Shown: positions 27,666 through 40,747 of the stretch, in pieces
Numbering within the stretch: the first letter of the stretch is position 1
Layout of the letters: every line of letters starts with the position of its first letter
Assembly (NCBI GenBank): GCA_964016885.1
Contig: OZ024753.1
Span: 36,518,001-36,582,000, forward strand
Source: Eledone cirrhosa
Taxonomy: Eukaryota
Direction of reading: 5' to 3'
Length of the DNA stretch: 64,000 nt
The notes under the pieces: model-generated
Database searches by the model: none
What the model was told of the DNA's origin: nothing
The model's input: the letters and a program-made list of their open reading frames with translations, nothing else
Made by a program: the position numbers and the translations under genes

Positions 27666-27905
27666 GTTTACTCAGCTGTAGAAATGAGATAATAGGACTG
27701 GGGTTCCTATCATTCCACGGCAAAAAAGCACCCAGCCCACAATGCAAAGTGGACGTGTAGGCTCCACGAAAAAAAAAACACCCAGCACTCACTGTAAATG
27801 AGGTTGGTGTTAGGAAGGGCATCCAGCTGTAGAAATCAAGCCAGAATCAGTTCCCGTCCCACCCTTGCAAGCAGGGAAAAGCAGACGTAAAATGATGATG
27901 ATGAT
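27666..27905 (+). mobile_element. 5'-truncated SINE family B (paralogous copies at 33057-33295 and 39336-39574)
   Basis: TTACTCAGCTGTAGAAATGAG...CCCGTCCCACCCTTGCAAGCAGGG...(GAT)n. Confidence 0.85.
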
Positions 27906-27981
27906 ATATATATATTCAAATGGAACTTAAAACAATAAGTTCTTGTTTTTGGATATGTCACTGTTTATAAAACAACTTTTG

Positions 27982-28042
27982 TATTTAATTTGATGAGTAC
28001 GTACCAACATTTTGGTACCCTTGAAATATATATAATAAAATA
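27982..28042 (+). ncRNA. Hammerhead motif, U3 variant (copies at 33410-33470 and 39706-39766)
   Basis: TATTTAAT-TTGATGA-GTAC-GTACCA...TGGTAC-CCTT-GAA-ATATATAT-A-ATAAAATA. Confidence 0.55.
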
Positions 28043-28075
28043 AATATCGTTTTATAAAGATAGTTTAACTCATTG

Positions 28076-28132
<57 letters not shown>

Positions 28133-28371
28133 ATATATATATATGTATATATATATAAGCAAAGAGTTATTTGTTGGTTATCATATATATATATATATAA
28201 GTATATATATATATAGATGCATACATAGGAAAATAGATATACATACATATATATATATATATATAGGTTGTTTAAGATAGTCCTTAATCCTAGGTAAAGA
28301 TAGTCCCTATTCCTTATATAGGTTTACCTATATATATATATATATATATGTATATGTATATATGTATAGGT

Positions 28372-28488
<117 letters not shown>

Positions 28489-28641
28489 CATATATATTTA
28501 TATATATGTATATATATATAGAGAGAGAGAGAGGGAGATGGATAAAGTACCTTACTTACACCCGATTGAACCTGGGATATATATATATCCGTATAAATAT
28601 ATTTATATATGTAATATGTATATAGTTAAAAAAGTTCCATA

Positions 28642-28711
28642 TATATTATTATGCGCATTTTGAAACCACCATCATCCTGGGACAAAAATTGTGTTCTCAT
28701 CAGATAAGATA
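28642..28711 (-). ncRNA. Hammerhead motif with G12A core change (copies at about 34855-34924 and 40259-40328)
   Basis: Reverse complement CTGATGA-GAAC...TTTC-AAA-ATGCGCAT-A-ATAA; homologous to the intact motif at 32884. Confidence 0.5.
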
Positions 28712-28891
28712 AGGTAACATGATATGAGGCCTAAAAACACTTGTTAGCAAGGAAGTGTCAAGTCTAGATACTTTTTTAACCATCTTTTAATTCCTTCTTT
28801 AATATATACTCCAGTTCTACCAAATGTTGAGTGCTACTTATCTGATATATGCATAGTTTTATTGTTCTACAATATTACTCACCTTCTACAT

Positions 28892-28922
<31 letters not shown>

Positions 28923-29315
28923 CTATATATATATATAGTAATAAATTTGAAGACTAAAATCCAAAGAGGGCTCAATAAGGATAAATATATATCAAATATA
29001 TAAGAACCGTAAATAACAGATTAAAGTTTAAGCAAAGAATCACTGCTTAACGGGATCTTTAGAAGATCCCGTTAAGGGTGAAAGCACCGATTCTTCGCTT
29101 AAACTTTAATCTGTTATTTTAATATATATATATATATATATATATACGATATTAAACAAATGGAAACTATATTTATAAAACCATATTTATTTCATTATAT
29201 ATATTTCTGGGATATCATATTAATATCGTAAACCTACTCCAAAACTTGTTGAGTGCTTTTATATCAGTTATAAAATATTTACTCGTTGTAACCCAACAAT
29301 TTTAAATAAAACTTT

Positions 29316-29356
<41 letters not shown>

Positions 29357-30193
29357 CACACATTTGTGTTAAGTAGAGAGAGATACATTTGATTACAATC
29401 ATCATACACAAAAAAAACTTTCCCAACTGAAACTTTTTTGCACCCATTTTTGTGATTAAGTAAAAACGGAGTTATCGTTCTTGAGATTTCGCCACAGAGA
29501 AATTTTGGGAACTGATGTCGCTAAATCGTCAAAGTATTTACTTCTACTGTTGCATCATGGGCGGGGTAGTGGCTGAATTATTTTTTTAACGACGGCAATT
29601 TCTTAAATTTCTTTCTCGGCATCTTGTTCCTTGTTTGATATAACTAAATAAATATGAAATAATTAATTTATTCCCAACCTCTCTTTAATCTGAACATCAA
29701 GTTACCATGGGAGCGAGAGGGCAAGGGTAACATGAAAATCCGAAACCGGTGTCAATTTTACACTATTATTCTCAAAACAATGTCGAATATTATAATTATT
29801 TTGAAGTTTTATTAATCATTTATCGTTACATTTTCTGTATTTATAATTAAATAAATAAATTTAAGGTTTTAATACTTTAAATATATAAAACTTTCAACAA
29901 GTTTCCTGGGAGCTTCGTAACGAGGAGAGTGGTTCAATATCGAACTGCGGTAGCAGGAATAATTTTATTCTATTATTTTAATATACAAATGATATAATGT
30001 ATATTATATATTTATATATACATATATCTATATGTATATATACATATTCTTGTAAATATATATATATAAATATACATATTTATATGTATATATATTTATA
30101 TGTAATATATATATATGTATACATATTTGTTTATATATGTGTGTGTATATATATATATATACATATTTGTATATATATACATATTTGTATATA

Positions 30194-30238
<45 letters not shown>

Positions 30239-31713
30239 TATATTATATATATATATATACACACATATATATATATATATATAAATAAACGGAAAAAATG
30301 AAACGAAGTTTCATGTATATATATATATACAAATATTTATACACATATATATATATATACAAATATGTATATATTTATATATATACAAATATTTATACAC
30401 ATATATTTATATATACAAATATGTATACTTACATATAAATATGTATATTTATACATATAAATATTTATATATATGTATACATGAATATGTATATATACAT
30501 ATATGTATACATGAATATGTATATATACATGTATATATGCATATAAATATATAATATACATTATATCATTTTTATGTAAAATAACAGAATAAAATTATTC
30601 CTACTACGCCAGTTCGATTTGAGCCACTCACCTCGTTACTAAACAATGAATACTCATTACTCCTACCAACGAAGTTACCAGAAAACTTGTCGATAGTTTT
30701 ATATATTTAAAGTATTAAAAACTTAAATTAATTTATTTAATTATAAATACGGAAAGTGTAGCGATAGAAGATAAATAAAACTTCAAACAAATCATAATAT
30801 TCGACATTGTTTTGAGAATAATAGTGTAAAATTGACACCGGTTTAGGGATATCACGTTACCGTTTCCCTGTCGCTCCCATGGTAACTTGATGTTCAGATT
30901 AAAGAGAGGTTGGCAATAAATTAATTGTTTGATATTTATTTACTTATATCAAACAAGGAACAAGATGCCGGGAAAAACTTTTTAAAATTTCGCGTCGTTA
31001 AGAAAAAAAATTCAGCCATTACCCCTCCTATGATGCAACAGTAGAAGGAGTAATGGCTGAATTTTTTTTCTTAAAGACCGCAAATTTTAAAAATTTTTCC
31101 AATCATCTTGTTCCTTGTTTGATATAAGTAAATAAATATCAAACAATTTATTTATTGCCAACCTCTCTTTAATCTGAACATCAAGTTACCATTGGAGCGA
31201 CAGGGCAACGGTAACGTGAAATCCCTAAACCGGTGTCAATTTTACACTATTGTTCTCAAAACAATATCGGATATTATGATTATTTTGAAGTTTTATTTGT
31301 CTTCTATCGCTACGCTTTCCGTATTTATAATTAAATAAATAAATTTAAATTTTTAATACTTTAAATATATAAAACTATCGACAAGTTTTCTGGTAACTTC
31401 GTTGGTAGGAGTAATGAGTATTCATTGTTTAGTAACGAGGTGAGTGGCTCAAATCGAACTAGCGTAGTAGGAATCATTTTATTCTGTTATTTTACATAAA
31501 AATGATATAATGTATATTATATATTTATATGTATATATACATGTATCTATATGTATATATACATATTCATGATACATATATATACATATTCATGTATACA
31601 TATATATATAAATATTTATGTATAAATATACATATTTATATGTATATATATTTATATGTAAGATATATATATGTATACATATTTGTATATATAAATATAT
31701 GTGTATAAATATT

Positions 31714-31750
<37 letters not shown>

Positions 31751-32406
31751 TTGTATATATATATATATGTGTATATATATATATATATATAATATATCAG
31801 CTCGTTACTAAGCAATAAATACTCATTACTCCTACCAACGAGGCTACCAGAAAACTTGTAGATAGTTTTATATATTTAAATTTATTTATTTAATTATAAA
31901 TACGGAAAGTGCAGCGATAGAAGACAAATAAAACTTCAAAATATCCAATATTGTTTTGAGAATAATAGTGCAAAACTGACACCGGTTTCGGGATCTCAGG
32001 TTACCCTTGCCCTCTCGCTCCCATGGTAACTTGATGTTCAGATTAAAGAGAGGTTGGCAATAAATTAATTGTTTCATATTTATTCATTAATATCAAACAA
32101 GGAACAAGATGCCGGGAAAGAAATATAAAACATTTCCGTCGTTAAAAAAAAAAATTCAACCACTACCCCTCCCATGATGCAACAGTAGAAGTAAATACTT
32201 TGACAATTTAGCGACATCAGTTCCCCAATTTTCTCTGTAGCGAAATCTCAAGAACGATAACTCCGATTTTACTTAATCGCAAAAATGGATGCAAAAAAGT
32301 TTCACTTGGGAAAGTTTGTATGTATGATGATTGAATGTAATGTATCAACATATGTATATCTCTCTCTCTATTTAACACAAATGTGTGTATAATATATATT
32401 GTATAT

Positions 32407-32446
<40 letters not shown>

Positions 32447-32883
32447 TTCATTGATTACTCAATATATATAGTTTTACAATAGATTAAAAGCACTCTACAA
32501 AAGGTTTTCTGGAATAAATGAAGACATTCACATAATGAAAATATATATTTTGATTATCTGAATATATTCTGTATATATATATATATATATATATAATGTA
32601 TATATATATATATACATATTTATACATATATATTCATTTATATATGTAGGAGGTGAGTTATATTGTAGTACAATAAAGCAATGCAGATATCGGATAAGAA
32701 GCACTCTACAGTTTGTAGGACTGGAGTATACATAATATATAAGATCAAAAGATGGTTAAAAGAGTTCCATGTATTTTATTATGCGCATTTCAATATCACA
32801 CATCCATCTAAAACTACTTTTCATATGTTGATTTAAAACTGCACTATTCACAAGTGTTTTTTAACCTTCATATCATGTCTTCC

Positions 32884-32954
32884 TATTTTATCTGATGAAA
32901 ACACAAATATTATTGCATGATGATATTTGTTTCTGAAATGCGCATAATAAAATA
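32884..32954 (+). ncRNA. Intact type I hammerhead ribozyme motif (copy at 39163-39233)
   Basis: TATTTTAT-CTGATGA-AAACACAAATAT...ATATTTGTTTCT-GAA-ATGCGCAT-A-ATAAAATA: perfect 8-bp stem I, palindromic 8-nt stem III. Confidence 0.85.
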
Positions 32955-33292
32955 CATGGAACTCTTTTAACCATCTTTTGATCTTATATATTATTCATTT
33001 ATATATATATACGTATATATATATATATAAATATATACACACACACACACATTTTATAGTTTACTCAGCTGTAGAAATGAGATGATAGGACTGGGGTTCC
33101 TATCATTCCACAGCAAAAAAGCACTCATCCCACACTGCAAAGTGGACGTGTAGGCTCCATGAAAAAAAACACCCAGCACTCACTGTAAATGAGGTTGGTG
33201 TTAGGAAGGGCATCCAGCTGTAGAAATCAAGCCAGAATCAGTTCCCGTCCCACCCTTGCAAGCAGGGAAAAGCGGATGTAAAATGATGATGA

Positions 33293-33336
<44 letters not shown>

Positions 33337-33521
33337 TATATATTCAAATCAAACTTAAAACAATAAGTTCTTGTTTTTGGATATGTCACTGTTTATAAAA
33401 CAACTTTTGTATTTAATTTGATGAGTACGTACCAACATTTTGGTACCCTTGAAATATATATAATAAAATAAATATCGTTTCATAAAGATAGTTTAACTCT
33501 TTGCTTAAATATATATATATA

Positions 33522-34450
33522 CCACCAATCTCTGGGAGGGCCCTGTAGAAACAGTAGACAGCTTCTGCTACCTAGGTGACCGAATTAGCAACAGAGGTGG
33601 GTGCTCAGAAAGTACAATAACTAGGGTAAGAACGGGATGGAAGAAGTTTAGGGAACTACTACCACTGCTAGCTGCAAAAGGCTTCTCCCTCAGAATGAAA
33701 GGCAGACTGTATGATGCGTGTATCCGAACAGCGATGTTGCATGGTAATGAGACCTGGGCGCTGAAGGTGGAAGACTTACGTAGATTAGAGAGAAACGAAG
33801 CCTGCATGCTCCGATGGATGTGTAACAGTAATATACGTGAACGACAAAGCATAAATGAATTGAGAGAGAGACTGAGCATAAGAGGAATCAAATGCTGCGT
33901 GCAGGAGAGGCGGTTACGCTGGTATGGACATGTGATGCGTATGAAGGATGACAGCTGCATAAAAAGGTGCAGAGCACTAGAAGTTGATGGAAACCGCGGA
34001 GTGGGGAGACCCAAGATGACTTGGGATGAGGTGATAAAAGCCGACCTTACCCAACTACACCTCTCAAAGTCAATGACACACGACCGTGACTTCTGGCGTC
34101 ACGCAGTAATACAGGGTACCCGACCTCCCATGGGTACATGCTGAAGCATATAAACAATATGCCCCCCCCCCCACCGCAAGGTGGTCGTGGAGGTGCCACG
34201 GCAAAAAAGCACCCAGCCCACACTGTAAAGTGGACGTGTAGGCGCCACGAAAAAGCACCCAGCACTCACTGTAAATGAGGTTGGTGTTAGGAAGGGCATC
34301 CAGCTGTAGAAATCAAGCCAGATCATTTCCTGTATGAGCAAGGCATGGTCAGCCGACCAGACACTGCCCACAACAGGACAACCCGTCTAACCCATGCTAG
34401 CGTGGAAGAACGGACGTAAAACGGTGATGATGATGATGATGATGATGATA
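33522..34450 (+). mobile_element. 5'-truncated RTE LINE (RT C-terminus, about 300-bp 3' UTR, (GAT)n tail)
   Basis: FCYLGD...GWKKFRELLPLL...KGRLYDACIRTAMLHGNETWA...RRLRWYGHVMRM...GRPKMTW; absent from the paralogous array units. Confidence 0.92.
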
Positions 34451-35102
34451 TAAGGAAAGAGTTATTTGTTGGTTATCATATATATATAAGTATATATTTA
34501 AATATATATATATATATATATATATATAGATATATAGATGCATACATAGGAAAATAGATATACATACATATATATATATATAGGTTGTTTAAGATAGTCC
34601 TTATTCCTAGGTAAAGATAGTCCTTATTCCTTATATAGGTTTACCTATATATATATATGCATATATATATGTATATATATATATATAATATATACATACA
34701 TATATATTTATATATATGTATATATATATATAGAGAGAGAGAGAGGGAGATGGATAGAGTACCTTACTTACACCCGATTGAACCTGGGATATATATATAT
34801 TTGTATAAAATATATTTATATATGTAATATGTATATAGTTAAAAAAGTTCCATATATTTTATTATGCGCATTTTGAAACCAACATCATCCTGGGACAAAA
34901 ATTGTGTTCTCATCAGATAAAATAAGGTAACATGATATGAGGCCTAAAAACACTTGTTAGCACGAAAGTGTCAAGTCTACATACTTTTTTAACCATCTTT
35001 TAATTCCTTCTTTAATATATACTCCAGTTCTACCAAATGTTGAGTGCTACTTATCTGATATATGCATAGTTTTATTGTTCTACAATATTACTCACCTCCT
35101 AC

Positions 35103-35147
<45 letters not shown>

Positions 35148-35520
35148 ATAAATTTGAAGAATAAAATCCAAAGAGGGCTCAATAAGGATAAATATATATC
35201 AAATATATAAGAACCGTAAATAACAGATTAAAGTTTAAGCAAAGAATCACTGCTTAACGGGATCTTTAGAAGATCCCGTTAAGGGTGAAAGCACCGATTC
35301 TTTGCTTAAACTTTAATCTGTTATTTTAATATATATATATATATATATATACGATATTAAACAAATGGAAACTATATTTATAAAACCATATTTATTTCAT
35401 TATATATATTTCTGGGATATCATATTAATATCGTAAACCTACTCCAAAACTTGTTGAGTGCTTTTATATCAGTTATAAAATATTTACTCGTTGTAACCCA
35501 ACAATTTTAAATAAAACTTT

Positions 35521-35567
<47 letters not shown>

Positions 35568-36411
35568 CACACATTTGTGTTAAGTAGAGAGAGATACATT
35601 TGATTACAATCATCATACACAAAAAAAACTTTCCCAACTGAAACTTTTTTGCACCCATTTTTGTGATTAAGTAAAAACGGAGTTATCGTTCTTGAGATTT
35701 CGCCACAGAGAAATTTTGGGAACTGATGTCGCTAAATCGTCAAAGTATTTACTTCTACTGTTGCATCATGGGCGGGGTAGTGGCTGAATTATTTTTTTAA
35801 CGACGGCAATTTCTTAAATTTCTTTCTCGGCATCTTGTTCCTTGTTTGATATAACTAAATAAATATGAAATAATTAATTTATTCCCAACCTCTCTTTAAT
35901 CTGAACATCAAGTTACCATGGGAGCGAGAGGGCAAGGGTAACATGAAAATCCGAAACCGGTGTCAATTTTACACTATTATTCTCAAAACAATGTCGAATA
36001 TTATAATTATTTTGAAGTTTTATTAATCATTTATCGTTACATTTTCTGTATTTATAATTAAATAAATAAATTTAAGGTTTTAATACTTTAAATATATAAA
36101 ACTTTCAACAAGTTTCCTGGGAGCTTCGTAACGAGGAGAGTGGTTCAATATCGAACTGCGGTAGCAGGAATAATTTTATTCTATTATTTTAATATACAAA
36201 TGATATAATGTATATTATATATTTATATATACATATATCTATATGTATATATACATATTCTTGTAAATATATATATATAAATATACATATTTATATGTAT
36301 ATATATTTATATGTAATATATATATATGTATACATATTTGTTTATATATATGTGTGTGTATATATATATATATATATATTATATTTGTATATATATACAT
36401 ATTTGTATATA

Positions 36412-36456
<45 letters not shown>

Positions 36457-36476
36457 TATATTATATATATATATAT

Positions 36477-36517
<41 letters not shown>

Positions 36518-38000
36518 CGGAAAAAATGAAACGAAGTTTCATGTATATATATATATACAAATATTTATACACATATATATATATACAAATATGTATATAT
36601 TTATATATATACAAATATTTATACACATATATTTATATATACAAATATGTATACTTACATATAAATATGTATATTTATACATATAAATATTTATATATAT
36701 GTATACATGAATATGTATATATACATATATGTATACATGAATATGTATATATACATATAGATACATGTATATATGCATATAAATATATAATATACATTAT
36801 ATTTTTTGTATGTAAAATAATAGAATAAAATTATTCCTACTACGCCAGTTCGATTTGAGCCACTCACCTCGTTACTAAACAATGAATACTCGTTACTCCT
36901 ACCAACGAAGCTACCAGAAAACTTTCGATAGTTTTATATATTTAAAGTATTAAAAACTTAAATTAATTTATTTAATTATAAATACGGAAAGTGTAGCGAT
37001 AGAAGATAAATAAAACTTCAAACAAATCATAATATTCGACATTGTTTTGAGAATAATAGTGTAAAATTGACACCGGTTTAGGGATATCACGTTACCGTTG
37101 CCCTGTCGCTCCCATGGTAACTTGATGTTCAGATTAAAGAGAGGTTGGCAATAAATTAATTGTTTGATATTTATTTACTTATATCAAACAAGGAACAAGA
37201 TGCCGGGAAAAACTTTTTAAAATTTCGCGTCGTTAAGAAAAAAAATTCAGCCATTACCCCTCCTATGATGCAACAGTAGAAGGAGTAATGGCTGAATTTT
37301 TTTTCTTAAAGACCGCAAATTTTTAAAAGATTTTCCGGACATCTTGTTCCTTATTTGATATAAGTAAGTAAATATGAAACAATTAATTTATTGCCAACCT
37401 CTCTTTAATCTGAACATCAAGTTACCATTGGAGCGACAGGGCAACGGTAACGTGATATCCCTAAACCGGTGTCAATTTTAAACTATTGTTCTCAAAACAA
37501 TATCGGATATTATGATTATTTTGAAGTTTTATTTGTCTTCTATCGCTACGCTTTCCGTATTTATAATTAAATAAATAAATTTAAATTTTTAATACTTTAA
37601 ATATATAAAACTATCGACAAGTTTTCTGGTAGCTTCGTTGGTAGGAGTAATGAGTATTCATTGTTTAGTAACGAGGTGAGTGGCTCAAATCGAACTGGCG
37701 TAGTAGGAATCATTTTATTCTGTTATTTTACATAAAAATGATATAATGTATATTATATATTTATATGTATATATACATGTATCTATATGTATATATACAT
37801 ATTCATGTATACATATATATATATACATATTCATGTATACATATATATATAAATATTTATGTATAAATATACATATTTATATGTATATATATTTATATGT
37901 AAGATATATATATGTATACATATTTCTATATATAAATATATGTGTATAAATATTTGTATATATATATATATATATACATATTTGTATATATATATGTGTA

Positions 38001-38042
<42 letters not shown>

Positions 38043-38659
38043 CAGCTCGTTACTAAGCAATAAATACTCATTACTCCTACCAACGAGGCTACCAGAAAAC
38101 TTGTAGATAGTTTTATATATTTAAATTTATTTATTTAATTATAAATACGGAAAGTGCAGCGATAGAAGATAAATAAAACTTCAAAATATCCGATATTGTT
38201 TTGAGAATAATAGTGCAAAACTGACACCGGTTTCGGGATTTCAGGTCACCCTTGCCCTCTCGCTCCCATGGTAACTTGATGTTCAGATTAAAGAGAGGTT
38301 GGCAATAAATTAATTGTTTCATATTTATTCATTAATATCAAACAAGGAACAAGATGCCGGGAAAGAAATATAAAACATTTCCGTCGTTACAAAAAAAAAT
38401 TCAACTACTACCCCTCCCATGATGCAACAGTAGAAGTAAATACTTTGACAATTTAGCGACATCAGTTCCCCAATTTTCTCTGTAGCGAAATCTCAAGAAC
38501 GATAACTCCGATTTTACTTAATCGCAAAAATGGATGCAAAAAAGTTTCACTTGGGAAAGTTTGTATGTATGATGATTGAATGTAATGTATCAACATATGT
38601 ATATCTCTCTCTCTACTTAACACAAATGTGTGTATAGTATATATTGTATATTATATATT

Positions 38660-38725
<66 letters not shown>

Positions 38726-39571
38726 TTCATTGATTACTCAATATATATAGTTTTACAATAGATTAAAAGCACTCTACAAAAGGTTTTCTGGAATAAATGA
38801 AGACATTCACATAATGAAAATATATATTTTGATTATCTGAATATATTCTGTATATATATATATATATATATATAATGTATATATATATATATACATATTT
38901 ATACATATATATTCATTTATATATGTAGGAGGTGAGTTTTATTGTAGTACAATAAAGCAATGCAGATATCGGATAAGAAGCACTCTACAGTTTGTAGGAC
39001 TGGAGTATACATAATATATAAGATCAAAAGATGGTTAAAAGAGTTCCATGTATTTTATTATGCGCATTTCAATATCACACATCCATCTAAAACTACTTTT
39101 CATATGTTGATTTAAAACTGCACTATTCACAAGTGTTTTTTAACCTTCATATCATGTCTTCCTATTTTATCTGATGAAAACACAAATATTATTGCATGAT
39201 GATATTTTTTTCTGAAATGCGCATAATAAAATACATGGAACTCTTTTAACCATCTTTTGATCTTATATATTATTCATTTATATATATATACGTATATATA
39301 TATATATAAATATATACACACACACACACATTTTATAGTTTACTCAGCTGTAGAAATGAGATGATAGGACTGGGGTTCCTATCATTCCACGGCAAAAAAG
39401 CACTCATCCCACACTGCAAAGTGGACGTGTAGGCTCCATGAAAAAAAACACCCAGCACTCACTGTAAATGAGGTTGGTGTTAGGAAGGGCATCCAGCTGT
39501 AGAAATCAACCCAGAATCAGTTCCCGTCCCACCCTTGCAAGCAGGGAAAAGCGGATGTAAAATGATGATGA

Positions 39572-39634
<63 letters not shown>

Positions 39635-39804
39635 TATATTCAAATCGAACTTAAAACAATAAGTTCTTGTTTTTGGATATGTCACTGTTTATAAAACAAC
39701 TTTTGTATTTAATTTGATGAGTACGTACCAACATTTTGGTACCCTTGAAATATATATAATAAAATAAATATCGTTTCATAAAGATAGTTTAACTCTTTGC
39801 TTAA

Positions 39805-39839
<35 letters not shown>

Positions 39840-40747
39840 TATAAGGAAAGAGTTATTTGTTGGTTATCATATATATATAAGTATATATTTAAATATATAT
39901 ATATATATAGATAGATAGATAGATAGATATATAGATGCATACATAGGAAAATAGATATACATACATATATATATATATATATATTGGTTGTTTAAGATAG
40001 TCCTTATTCCTAGGTAAAGATAGTCCTTATTCCTTATATAGGTTTACCTATATATATATATGCATATATATATGTATATATATATATATAATATATACAT
40101 ACATATATATTTATATATATGTATATATATATAGAGAGAGAGAGAGGGGGAGGTGGATAGAGTACCTTACTTACACCCGATTGAACCTGGGATATATATA
40201 TATTCGTATAAAATATATTTATATATGTAATATGTATATAGTTAAAAAAGTTCCATATATTTTATTATGCGCATTTTGAAACCAACATCATCCTGGGACA
40301 AAAATTGTGTTCTCATCAGATAAGATAAGGTAACATGATACGAGGCCTAAAAACACTTGTTAGCAAGAAAGTGTCAAGTCTACACACTTTTTTAACCATC
40401 TTTTAATTCCTTCTTTAATATATACTCCAGTTCTACCAAATGTTGAGTGCTACTTATCTGATATATGCATAGTTTTATTGTTCTACAATATTACACACCT
40501 TCTACATTGTATATATATATATATATACACACATATATATATAGTAATAAATTTGAAGACTAAAATCCAAAGAGGGCTCAATAAGGATAAATATATATCA
40601 AATATATAAGAACCGTAAATAACAGATTAAAGTTTAAGCAAAGAATCACTGCTTAACGGGATCTTTAGAAGATCCCGTTAAGGGTGAAAGCACCGATTCT
40701 TTGCTTAAACTTTAATCTGTTATTTTAATAAATATATATATATATAT

